This document shows positions 28,463 to 37,360 of a stretch of DNA of 61,114 nucleotides, in pieces. The notes below the pieces were generated by a model. It was given only the letters and a program-made list of their open reading frames with translations, did no database searches and was not told the origin of the DNA. This DNA comes from Myxococcota bacterium (lineage in GTDB: Bacteria > Myxococcota > XYA12-FULL-58-9 > JALHOP01): assembly GCA_041288095.1 (NCBI GenBank), contig JBGGMJ010000107.1, positions 1 to 61,114 on the forward strand, in the 5' to 3' direction. The translations under genes were made by a program, and so were the position numbers. Numbering within the stretch: the stretch's first letter is position 1; each line of letters begins with the position of its first letter.

Positions 28463-28831
28463 TCAAGCGCCCTGATCGCCGTAGGTCGGTGGCGGAGGAG
28501 GCGGCGCAGGGTACGTCGCGGGGCACGTGCCGTCAGGGCTCACCCATAGGTTTGGCCCGCTCCGCGTCAAAACCTGGGCGGTACAGACGCAATAAGAAAC
28601 AGGGCCGTTGCTGTAGAGGACGCCCTCGCAATAGGGGGGTGGCGGCGGGGGGGTTAGGGTGCCGCGATCGGTCAGCAAATAGGCCTCCGACGTCGTGAGC
28701 CCATAGACGACACCGTCGACCTCGATTTCGTCGGGTGGAGCCGCCGTCTCGTCTCCACACGCTACCAAACCCATGCACAACGCGGCTGACACCGCGACGG
28801 CAAACCCCGACCTCAGAAGTATGCACTTCAT
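28463..28831 (-). CDS. Small Pro/Cys-rich hypothetical lipoprotein
   Basis: MKCILLRSGFAVAVSAALCMGLVAC signal and lipobox; GAGGAG upstream; two poly-Pro tracts flanking four Cys. Confidence 0.55.
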   Translation of the reverse strand: MKCILLRSGFAVAVSAALCMGLVACGDETAAPPDEIEVDGVVYGLTTSEAYLLTDRGTLTPPPPPPYCEGVLYSNGPVSYCVCTAQVLTRSGPNLWVSPDGTCPATYPAPPPPPPTYGDQGA

Positions 28832-28932
28832 CCAACACTCCTCGTGGTAGGAAATTGCGACCCGGTCATCCGCCGGGCCTTGCAACCACTACGGCGGGCT
28901 CTCACACAGGTCACAGTGACCAACCTGACGGG

Positions 28933-29751
28933 ATGTCGATGTCGGTAGTCAGCCAGAAAGCCGGGGACGGTGTTGCAGCGCCGCTCGGGGTCTTCGACTC
29001 GGGCATCGGCGGCCTCACCGTCGCCGCGGCCTTGATGCGCAGGCTCCCAGGCGAATCGCTGACCTACTTGGGTGACACGGCGCGCGTGCCCTACGGCACC
29101 AAGTCGCCGGAGGTCATCCGGCGTTACGCCCTGCGTTGCTCGCAGTTCCTCGTCGAACAAGGCGCGAAGCTCGTGGTCATCGCCTGCAACACCGCAAGCG
29201 CGGCCGCCTTGGACGTCGTTCGCGCCACCATCGGCACGCCCGTCGTCGGGGTCATCGAGCCGGGCGCCGAGCTCGCCGCCCGCACCACCAAGAACGGTCG
29301 GGTCGGCGTCATCGGCACCGAAAGCACCATCAACAGCGGCTCGTACCAGCGCGCGCTCGCGGCCCTCGACCCGCGCATCGAAGTATTCACCGCGCCCTGC
29401 CCGCTCTTCGTGCCCCTCGCCGAGGAAGGTCTGGCCGGGCACCACGCCACGCGGCTGCTCGCCGAGGAGTATCTGCGGCCATTGGTGGCAAGTGGCATCG
29501 ACACGCTCGTGCTCGGCTGCACCCATTACCCCCTGCTCGTGCCCGTCATCGCGGACGTGTGCGGCAGCGGTGTTGCGATCGTGAACAGCGCCGATGCGGT
29601 TGCCGAAGCAGTCGCGGCGCAGGTTGGAGCCGCGTGCGTAGGAGAGCCGCGGCATCGCTTCTATGCCACCGACGTTGGTGAACGCGTGAAACGGGTCGGC
29701 GGCGCCTTCCTCGGCAGCGCCCTCGCCGAGGTCGAGCTCGTCGATCTTTAG
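28933..29751 (+). CDS. murI: Glutamate racemase
   Basis: GVFDSGIGGLTV, RVPYG, ACNTAS and LGCTHYP. Confidence 0.96.
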   Translation: MSMSVVSQKAGDGVAAPLGVFDSGIGGLTVAAALMRRLPGESLTYLGDTARVPYGTKSPEVIRRYALRCSQFLVEQGAKLVVIACNTASAAALDVVRATIGTPVVGVIEPGAELAARTTKNGRVGVIGTESTINSGSYQRALAALDPRIEVFTAPCPLFVPLAEEGLAGHHATRLLAEEYLRPLVASGIDTLVLGCTHYPLLVPVIADVCGSGVAIVNSADAVAEAVAAQVGAACVGEPRHRFYATDVGERVKRVGGAFLGSALAEVELVDL

Positions 29752-29753
29752 AC

Positions 29754-29816
29754 ATGCAACTTTTCGGTTGCATTTCAATCACGCCGTGATCAATATGCAA
29801 CCCGGAGGTTGCATAT
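29754..29816 (+). promoter_or_regulatory. Two ATGCAAC-N6-GTTGCAT operator palindromes overlapping a sigma70-like promoter and the RBS
   Basis: Sites 29754-29773 and 29793-29816; TTGCAT(29768)-N17-CAATAT(29791); second site contains GGAGG and reaches into the ATG at 29815. Confidence 0.8.
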
Positions 29817-30285
29817 GAATACGAGCACGCAGTCGTCCGGCACGGACACCATCCGCAAGCAGGTTCAAGTCAAAGCTGAAATCGGCCGCGTCTGGAAGGC
29901 GCTTACCGATCACCGGGAGTTCGGCACCTGGTTCCGCGTGAGCCTCGCGGAGCCCTTCGCGGTCGGTAAGCGCGTCAAAGGCAACATCCTCTACCCAGGC
30001 TACGAGCACCTCGAGTTTCAGTGCGTCGTCGAGCGCATGGACGAGCCGCGGCTCTTCTCCTTCCGCTGGCATCCGTATGCCGTCGATCCCAAGCAGGACT
30101 ACGCGAAGGAACCGATGACTCTGGTCGAGCTCCGGCTCGAGGAAGTGAAGGGTGGCACGCTGGTCACGGTCATCGAATCAGGCTTCGATCGCATCCCATC
30201 GGGCCGCAGAGCGGAAGCGTTTCGCATGAACGACGGCGGCTGGGCGGAGCAGATGGGCAACATCAAAAAGCACGTCGATGGGTGA
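29815..30285 (+). CDS. SRPBCC/Aha1-like domain protein
   Basis: RVWKALTDHREFGTWF, FSFRWHP, TLVTVIESGF and GGW. Confidence 0.92.
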   Translation: MNTSTQSSGTDTIRKQVQVKAEIGRVWKALTDHREFGTWFRVSLAEPFAVGKRVKGNILYPGYEHLEFQCVVERMDEPRLFSFRWHPYAVDPKQDYAKEPMTLVELRLEEVKGGTLVTVIESGFDRIPSGRRAEAFRMNDGGWAEQMGNIKKHVDG

Positions 30286-30607
30286 GCCGGCATTCGTGCG
30301 CGACGCGGCGCCGTTGTTCGCGGCGCTCGGTGACGACACGCGCCTGCGCCTTTTGACCCGCTTGTCGGCGGACGGACCGCGCTCGATCGTCCAGCTCGCC
30401 GACAGGTCCAAGGTCACCCGGCAAGCGGTGACCAAGCACCTCGAGGTGTTGCGCGGCGCCGGCCTCGTCCGCAGTAGCAGACGCGGCCGAGAGCGCATCT
30501 GGGAAGTGACTCCACAACGCCTCTCGGTGGCGCGTCACTACCTCGACGATATCGCACGCCAGTGGGAAGACGCGCTCGACCGGCTCAAGGCGTTCGTCGA
30601 GCAATGA
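30278..30607 (+). CDS. ArsR/SmtB-family transcriptional regulator
   Basis: FAALGDDTRLRLL, TRQAVTKHLEVLRGAGLV, GRER and WEDALDRLK. Confidence 0.92.
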   Translation: MGEPAFVRDAAPLFAALGDDTRLRLLTRLSADGPRSIVQLADRSKVTRQAVTKHLEVLRGAGLVRSSRRGRERIWEVTPQRLSVARHYLDDIARQWEDALDRLKAFVEQ

Positions 30608-31433
30608 CCCGCGCCGAGACGCCGAATGCGTGGCCGTACTGGGTGATGAAATCGTTCTGACGCTCGTTGTCCTCGCGAGATTGCTTGGCCATGCGGGGTC
30701 CGATGAACGTGACGTAGTCGGTGAGCGCGGCCGAGGTGGCGCCCTGCAAACGCTTTTGCTCCGCGGGGTCGTCGCAGACGATGTAGCGCGCGTATTGATC
30801 GCGAATCGTCGCCGTCGCTCTCTGCACCTCCGGATCTTCGAAGGTAGGCAACGGCGGAGGCGGCTCGATGCGCCGCACCTTCACGGCCGGCGCCGGCTCG
30901 ACCGGCTCGGGTACGCCATAGCGGCGGCGATAGAATGACCGGAAGTCGGGCACCGCGAAGACCTTGCCGAAGACGTTGCCGCCGGCGACGCTCTCCGACT
31001 CCGGGAATTCGTCATGGACGCCGTAGCGCCAGTCTTCGTCGATGAATAAGCCGTCATGCAGCCGGAACGGGCCGGTGAAGCGCTCGCCGCCGATGACGAT
31101 CTTGTTCTGTAGCTTCACGAAGCCCTTCGCCGTCTGCGCGTTGGTCGCGTAGCTCTCGTTCGCGACCACGTAGTCGCCGAGCGTCGGGTTGATGAGTCCG
31201 CCTTTGCGGCCGACATAGACGATGAACTCGAGCTTGCCTGTCGCCGGTGCGTCGAGGCTGTGCTTGCCGGGCGCGAGCGAAACCGCCGCGTCGGCGTGTG
31301 GCGCGACGGTATGCGCCTTGCCGTCGATGCTCACCGTGATCGGCGCGTCCGTCGGATTGTCGATGCGGAAGGGCACGCCGGCGGAGCAGGCCGCGGCTGC
31401 GATCGAGACGAACAAGAGGACGTTCTTCGTCAT
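30585..31433 (-). CDS. Hypothetical lipoprotein
   Basis: Start MTKNVLLFVSIAAAAC at 31433; IDNPT and INPT motifs; the track's longer ORF is an antisense extension into the next gene. Confidence 0.7.
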   Translation of the reverse strand: MTKNVLLFVSIAAAACSAGVPFRIDNPTDAPITVSIDGKAHTVAPHADAAVSLAPGKHSLDAPATGKLEFIVYVGRKGGLINPTLGDYVVANESYATNAQTAKGFVKLQNKIVIGGERFTGPFRLHDGLFIDEDWRYGVHDEFPESESVAGGNVFGKVFAVPDFRSFYRRRYGVPEPVEPAPAVKVRRIEPPPPLPTFEDPEVQRATATIRDQYARYIVCDDPAEQKRLQGATSAALTDYVTFIGPRMAKQSREDNERQNDFITQYGHAFGVSARVIARRTP

Positions 31434-31463
31434 GCGCCGCTCGTATACTAGAGTGCGCCACGC

Positions 31464-33497
31464 GTGGACGAGGATATCGGCAAACGGACATATCTCGCGG
31501 CCGTCGCGGTCGCGACGATCTGGCTCGCCATGGCCTCGCTGCACGGTGTCGCCGACGTTTGGCTCTGGGGCCACAACGGCTTCAACGGAGCCGCCTTCTT
31601 CAACGGCGCCCGTAACAGCTTGCGCTTCGGCCTCGTCGGGCAAGCGCTCTACCACTTCGATACTCGGCCACCGCACCCAGCCTCGCTGTACACGCATCAT
31701 CCACTGCTCGTGCACTTCCACCTCATCGCCATGCAGTGGCTGTTCGGAGCCAAGGAGTGGGCCGGCCGCGCCGTTCCCGCCTTCTACAGCGTCGCCGATA
31801 TCGTGGTGCTGGCGTGGGTAACGCGGCGCCACTGGTCGCGTCGCGTATCCGCGATGGCGGTCATCGTCTACGCGCTGACGCCGCTCAATCTCGTCTTCGC
31901 CAACATGATCGATCACGAGCAGGGGTCGATCACCTTCTTGTTGCTCGCGCTCGACGGCGTGGCGACGTGGTTCACCAAGGAAACACGCCGATCGGTTGTG
32001 CAGGCCTGCGTAGGCTTCGCCATCGCGGCGCAATGGGACTGGCCGGCCTACCCCATCGCTTTTCTCGTCTTCTGCGTCGCCATCTGGCGGGCGCGGCATC
32101 GCCTACGCGACGAGCTCCCGTTCCTCGTGCCGCTCGCGTCAACCATGTTGGTGAGCTTCGGCGGCTTCTTCGCCTGGATCTGGGTGACGCACGGGAGCTT
32201 CGCCGACATGCGCTCGGCCCTGGCGATGCGCACCGGCGCGGTCGACGGCCTCGCCGCGCGACTTTGGGATCGCAGCCTCGACCTCTACGGGCCAATCCTC
32301 GTGGGGCTGCTCGCGGTGTGGCTGGTGTGGACGGTGCGCCGCAAGCGCGCGCCACGCGACATCATCGTCTTCTCCTTCCTCGTGGGCCAAGTGTTCCACA
32401 CCCTGGTGTTCCGCCAGGCCGGCTTCATCCACGCCTATTGGACCTGGCATGCCAATCCCGGCCTCGCCATCGCGGTGGCCGAGCTCGTCGCCTGGCTGTT
32501 TTTCGCGTGGGGTCGCCCTGCGTACGCTATCGCGGTCTGCCTGACGGCTCTTCAGGCGCTCTTCGCGATGCGCCAGTTCCAGTGGGGTTACGCGACGGGC
32601 GGCGCCTCCTACGCCTACGCCGCGAGCGACACCGATCAGCGCGACGAGAACCTCTGGGCGCGCGAGGTGGCGCGCGTCTTCCCGCGAGAGGGCACGCGCT
32701 ACTGGCTATCGGCGAGCATTCACCGGCGGCGAACCGAATTCGACGTCCAGCTCGACGCACCGATGCTCGCGGGTGAAGCCTACCTCTCGCCGCCCCGGCC
32801 GCGGTCCAGCCACGAGGTGGCGCTCATCGACCTGCACCACCTGGTCGCCGATGCCGAGATGCAAAACAGGCTGCAAGCGGCGATCGATGCCCACGCAACG
32901 CGCGTCTGGGACGATCGCTTCCTCGCCATCGACTTCGCGGCACCCGCGCAACCGCTGCTCCGCTTCATCCGCGAAGAAGAGCCGACTTCCTGGTGGTGGA
33001 GCTGGCTGCACCAGCCTGGAGCGCGGCGCTTCCGTTGGACGCAAGCCGAGCCACGGCCGCTATTCCATATGGACGCGACGTCGGACGAGCTGCACGGCGG
33101 CGCTGGCGGGAAAGCCTTCGCGTGGACCTGTCCCGGCGATGGGCGTCTCTTGGGGGTCGACGCGGCGTTCGCCGGCGACCGACTGACCGCCCTGCGACCA
33201 CGCTGCGATACCGGTGACGGGCCCTGGGTGGGCGGCCGTTTCGCCGAACGCCCGAGTGGACTGCTTGGCCGCCTCGTCGGTCATGAGCGCGGAGCTCTAC
33301 CGACGCGCGCCGTGGTATGCGCGGACGGCAAACCGCTCGCGGACCTGCGCGTCAGCGCCGACCGCACGGTGCGTGACGTGACCGCTGTCTGTGAGGGCGA
33401 GCGCGATGCCGTCGGCTTGCGCGGCCACTACGGTGACCTCGTCGACGGAGTCGCCGTCTTGCGTGCCGCACGTGGACACGCGACGCTCCCGCCGTGA
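31464..33497 (+). CDS. GT-C fold (ArnT/PMT-like) membrane glycosyltransferase with C-terminal beta-prism-like domain
   Basis: YTHHPLL and EWAGR periplasmic loop motif; multiple TM helices; C-term GGAGG.F...CP and L.G..GDLVD. Confidence 0.7.
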   Translation: MDEDIGKRTYLAAVAVATIWLAMASLHGVADVWLWGHNGFNGAAFFNGARNSLRFGLVGQALYHFDTRPPHPASLYTHHPLLVHFHLIAMQWLFGAKEWAGRAVPAFYSVADIVVLAWVTRRHWSRRVSAMAVIVYALTPLNLVFANMIDHEQGSITFLLLALDGVATWFTKETRRSVVQACVGFAIAAQWDWPAYPIAFLVFCVAIWRARHRLRDELPFLVPLASTMLVSFGGFFAWIWVTHGSFADMRSALAMRTGAVDGLAARLWDRSLDLYGPILVGLLAVWLVWTVRRKRAPRDIIVFSFLVGQVFHTLVFRQAGFIHAYWTWHANPGLAIAVAELVAWLFFAWGRPAYAIAVCLTALQALFAMRQFQWGYATGGASYAYAASDTDQRDENLWAREVARVFPREGTRYWLSASIHRRRTEFDVQLDAPMLAGEAYLSPPRPRSSHEVALIDLHHLVADAEMQNRLQAAIDAHATRVWDDRFLAIDFAAPAQPLLRFIREEEPTSWWWSWLHQPGARRFRWTQAEPRPLFHMDATSDELHGGAGGKAFAWTCPGDGRLLGVDAAFAGDRLTALRPRCDTGDGPWVGGRFAERPSGLLGRLVGHERGALPTRAVVCADGKPLADLRVSADRTVRDVTAVCEGERDAVGLRGHYGDLVDGVAVLRAARGHATLPP

Positions 33498-34210
33498 CCC
33501 TGAGCGTCGTCATCCCGACATTCAACGAAGCCCGTGGCATCGGCGCGACGCTCGAAACCGTGCAGACCTACCTCGCGAAGCACCACCGAGGCGCCGAGCT
33601 CGTGATAGCGGACGACGGTAGCACCGACGCCACGGCGGAGATCGTGACATCGGCGCCACGTGTCGACGGCGTGGCGCGGCAAATCGTTAGGTTACCGGTC
33701 AATCGCGGCAAGGGCGCGGCTCTGCGGCTCGGCATGGCGGCAACCACCGGGCAAGTCACCGCGTTCTTCGACGCCGATCTGGCTTACCCACTGGATGCCC
33801 TGCGCGACGGCATCGAGGCCGTCAGCACCGGCGCCGATCTTGCGCTGGGGGCGCGTGACCTCGGGGGCGAGCGCGACACACGCGCGCTTTATGGTCTGCC
33901 GCGGCGCCTCGCGACCCACGCCTTCGGCTCGCTCGTCGACAAGCTCTTGCGGCTGGACGTCTCCGACACGCAATGCGGGTTCAAGGTCTTCCGCGGCGAG
34001 GTGGCCCGGAAGCTCTTCGCCGAGCTGACCTTGGATGGCTTCGCTTTCGACGTCGAGCTCATCTGGCTCGCCAAACACCACGGCTACATCATCGAGCGCT
34101 TTCCGGTGGCGATGCGGCGGGGTGAGCGGAGCGGCGTACGACTCGTCCGCGATAGCGTCTTCATGTTGGCCGACATCGTGAAGCTGGCACGACGCCGTCC
34201 GGGCCTCTAG
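33494..34210 (+). CDS. GT2 polyprenol-phosphate glycosyltransferase (Dol-P-Glc synthase-like)
   Basis: LSVVIPTFNE, DDGSTD, NRGKG, DAD, DTQCGFK and FAFDVE; GTGA overlap with the upstream gene. Confidence 0.92.
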   Translation: MTLSVVIPTFNEARGIGATLETVQTYLAKHHRGAELVIADDGSTDATAEIVTSAPRVDGVARQIVRLPVNRGKGAALRLGMAATTGQVTAFFDADLAYPLDALRDGIEAVSTGADLALGARDLGGERDTRALYGLPRRLATHAFGSLVDKLLRLDVSDTQCGFKVFRGEVARKLFAELTLDGFAFDVELIWLAKHHGYIIERFPVAMRRGERSGVRLVRDSVFMLADIVKLARRRPGL

Positions 34211-34221
34211 AATCGAAGAAC

Positions 34222-35460
34222 GTGCTCAAGACGTCGCGCAACATCCTCGCTCTGACCATGCTGACCGCTTGCGGTGGCGAGAGCGCCTCCGAGGACGCCT
34301 GTCGCCTGCTCAACGTCGACGGCGACGCTGGGGTGCGCCTCGCGGTGGCCGCCGTCGACTTCCGGGTGTTCGCGACGGCGGGCGAAGATCTGACGTTCCT
34401 CGCTGGGGTGCCGCTGGCGCAACGCCGCTATGACAGCGCCGTGCCGACGAGCCTGACGCTGTGCAGGGGCGCGACCGCGACGCCGCTTACGGTCCGCGTC
34501 TTCGGCACCAGCGTCTCGGGTGCGCTGGTCGCGGCGAGCGCGCCGACGGAGATCGACTTCGCGCTCATCGAGCCGCTGACCATCGACTTGAGCGAAGCCG
34601 CCATCATCGCCGGTGACCTGCCGGAGCTCGTCCCCAGCAGTCAGGGACTACCGATGAGCCAGCTCCTCTCCGACATGAAGACGCCGATCACGGCGCCCGG
34701 CTACAACTCGGTCCTGGTCATCGGCGTCGGCGACGGCATGCGCTCGTACCTCGGGCAAGGCGTGATGGTGAGCGACGCAATCGCCGACTGGAGCCCGCTG
34801 CCCCCGGACGGCACGCAGTGGCGCGCGCATCGCGCGGGTCTCGTCGTCATCTACGGGCAGGGCCACGTCGACAACGGCACCTGGCGCATCGAGCTCGCGA
34901 ACGTCGACATGCAGCTCTTCTCGAAGTCGCGCGACGCGTGGTTCCGGCCCGACACGTATCCGGCCAATCCGTCATCGATGTTCTCTCAAGGGGCCGGAGG
35001 GCAAACGACCGGCGCCCAGCGCCGCGACGGTGAGTTGCCACTATCGACGATCTACACCATGCCGATTCCCGGCACGCTGGGGACGAGCTCGCCGATCCTC
35101 GGCGGCGCCACCCGCCCTGGTTACGAGGACCCGGGCGACGGCACCGACATCGCGAGCGTCTTCATCAGCGCCCAGGCGCGGCTCGTGCCCTCGGGCGTCG
35201 GCACCTTCGACCCGTCGACCGCGGTCCTATACCTGCAGCTCGTGGACGAGATCCTCGAAGACCTCACCAAGAACGACGGCAACTACAACGTCTGCGTAGG
35301 GAGCCGCCTTGGGCAAGACCTGACGACGCGCACCTTCACGCTGTTCCGCGATAGCGGCAACGCCATCGAGGTGCAAACGCCGCACAATCCCGCGCGCATC
35401 GACGAGATTCCGACGGAAGCGTGGCTCATCGCGCACCCGCCCATCGGTATCGTTCCCTAA
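34222..35460 (+). CDS. Hypothetical lipoprotein
   Basis: Signal peptide with LTAC lipobox; beta-rich sequence. Confidence 0.7.
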   Translation: MLKTSRNILALTMLTACGGESASEDACRLLNVDGDAGVRLAVAAVDFRVFATAGEDLTFLAGVPLAQRRYDSAVPTSLTLCRGATATPLTVRVFGTSVSGALVAASAPTEIDFALIEPLTIDLSEAAIIAGDLPELVPSSQGLPMSQLLSDMKTPITAPGYNSVLVIGVGDGMRSYLGQGVMVSDAIADWSPLPPDGTQWRAHRAGLVVIYGQGHVDNGTWRIELANVDMQLFSKSRDAWFRPDTYPANPSSMFSQGAGGQTTGAQRRDGELPLSTIYTMPIPGTLGTSSPILGGATRPGYEDPGDGTDIASVFISAQARLVPSGVGTFDPSTAVLYLQLVDEILEDLTKNDGNYNVCVGSRLGQDLTTRTFTLFRDSGNAIEVQTPHNPARIDEIPTEAWLIAHPPIGIVP

Positions 35461-36035
35461 GGTAGGTCGAAACGGCCGAGCTGCGAGTCGGGGACGGCCC
35501 GGCCTGAGGAGGCATCGTCCTCCCAGGGCCGCGCGATCAAGAGCGTCGCGATGCCCGCGGCGACCAGCACCCCACCGGCGATCCACAGCCACGTCTTGTT
35601 CGGCGCGGGCTCCGGTGGCGCCGCCGTGGTCGTCACCGTGGGCGCCGGGCTCGCGACCAGCGGCGGCAGCGGCGTCGCTACGGCGCGACGCGCCTTCGCG
35701 GCGATGTACGCCTCGCGGATACGTGGCGATTCACTGTCCGCTGGAGCGAACGCCGGGTCGCACTGCAAGAGCTCGTCGAAGGTCGACTCGGCCTCGGCGC
35801 TGCGCTTGAAGATGGCGTAGCTGCGCGCGAGGTACGCGAGCGCCTCGCGGCGGTCGGCCTCGCTCAGATCCTTGCGCGACAGCGACTTCACCAAGCGAGG
35901 GATGACCGCGTCGTAGCTCAGTGCCTCGTAGTCGCGGACGGCAGCACGCACCTCGGGGTCGCGGATGGCGGCGCTCTGCGCGAGCACCTCGAAGACGACG
36001 GCGAAGACGAGGACGGCGGCAACAGCGGGCTTCAT
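35457..36035 (-). CDS. Exported TPR-like protein with Pro-rich linker and C-terminal TM helix
   Basis: Signal peptide; ALAYLARSY..AESTF..LL..DP..SPRIRE; WLWIAGGVLVAAGIATLLI; ATGA overlap with the activator gene. Confidence 0.8.
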   Translation of the reverse strand: MKPAVAAVLVFAVVFEVLAQSAAIRDPEVRAAVRDYEALSYDAVIPRLVKSLSRKDLSEADRREALAYLARSYAIFKRSAEAESTFDELLQCDPAFAPADSESPRIREAYIAAKARRAVATPLPPLVASPAPTVTTTAAPPEPAPNKTWLWIAGGVLVAAGIATLLIARPWEDDASSGRAVPDSQLGRFDLP

Positions 36036-37360
36036 GGTTCCTCGTCACGATTGGGCAGGAGCCCATGCCGCCGCAAGAGCCGCTTGAAATAGGCGCGATC
36101 GACCCCCGAGGCGCGCGCCGCCCGGGCGATGTTACCTTCGTGAGCGCGCAACTGAGCCCCGAAGTAGTCACGCTCGAAGGCGTCGACGAGGCGGCGCTTG
36201 GCTTCGTTGAAGGGCTCGTCGATTGCAGGGTTTACGATTGGCTCCGCTGACGGCCGCTCGAGCGTACGCGGCATCGTGCCCACCGACATGATGTGCGCAA
36301 TGGTGTTGCGCAGCTCGCGCACGTTACCCGGCCAATCGTAAGCCGATGTGAACAGCTCGAGCGTGGACGCCGAGGCGACCAGCTCGTCCCCGCCCATGTC
36401 GCGGACCAGGTGACGCACCAACATCGGAATGTCCTCGCGTCGCTTGCGCAACGGAGGCAGCGCAACGCGCACGACGTTCAAGCGGAAGTACAGGTCTTCG
36501 CGGAAGCGTTTGGCCTGCACTTCGTGTTCGAGTGAGCGATTGGTGGCGGCGATGACCCGCACATCGACGCGACGAACGTCGTTGCCGCCGACGTTGCGCA
36601 GCTCGCCTTCCTCGAGGACGCGCAGGAGCTTGGGCTGCAGCTCGACCGGCAGCTCGCCGATCTCGTCGAGGAAGACCGTCCCGCCATGCGCCGCCTCGAA
36701 GACGCCGACGCGCGAGGTCGAGGCCCCGGTGAAGGCGCCACGCGTGTGACCGAAGAGCTCGGAGGCCACCACGTCGCGGCTTACCGCTCCGCAATCGAAG
36801 ACGACGAACGGCCTGTCGCGTCGCGGCGACGCGTCGTGGATGGCGCGCGCCGCCACTTCCTTGCCGCTGCCGGTCTCGCCTTCGATGAGCACCGTGTACT
36901 CGGTGGGCTCGAGGCGCTCGAGCAAGGCGTAGAGCTGGCGCATCGCTGGAGAGTCGCCAACGAACCCGCCGTAGCCCGAGCGAGCGCTGTAGCCCGGCCC
37001 CGCCGCCGGTTCGCGTGACAACACGGCGACGCGGCTGCGGCCGATGGTAATCACGGCGCCGGGTTTGACCACGGCTTCGGGAATTGCCTCACCGAGATAG
37101 TGGGTCCCGTTGGTGCTCGCGAGATCGACGACGCGCACGCCGTCATCCACGACCTCGAAAGAAGCGTGGCGCCCCGATGCCGCGGCATCGCTCAGCCGCA
37201 GGTCGGCCGACGAGCTCTTCCCAACCACGGCTTGGCCTCGTTCGACCTCGAACGTACGGCCCGCGTCCGCGCCCTCGAGCACCACCAGCCGAAAGCCGTT
37301 CGGACGCTCCGACACCACGGAGAGCTTCTCGGTGGGTGAGGTGCGTTCAGGGGAGGACAT
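36032..37360 (-). CDS. Sigma54 enhancer-binding protein with N-terminal FHA domain
   Basis: [16 protein letters not shown] (FHA); [44 protein letters not shown]-terminal HTH. Confidence 0.95.
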   Translation of the reverse strand: MSSPERTSPTEKLSVVSERPNGFRLVVLEGADAGRTFEVERGQAVVGKSSSADLRLSDAAASGRHASFEVVDDGVRVVDLASTNGTHYLGEAIPEAVVKPGAVITIGRSRVAVLSREPAAGPGYSARSGYGGFVGDSPAMRQLYALLERLEPTEYTVLIEGETGSGKEVAARAIHDASPRRDRPFVVFDCGAVSRDVVASELFGHTRGAFTGASTSRVGVFEAAHGGTVFLDEIGELPVELQPKLLRVLEEGELRNVGGNDVRRVDVRVIAATNRSLEHEVQAKRFREDLYFRLNVVRVALPPLRKRREDIPMLVRHLVRDMGGDELVASASTLELFTSAYDWPGNVRELRNTIAHIMSVGTMPRTLERPSAEPIVNPAIDEPFNEAKRRLVDAFERDYFGAQLRAHEGNIARAARASGVDRAYFKRLLRRHGLLPNRDEEP

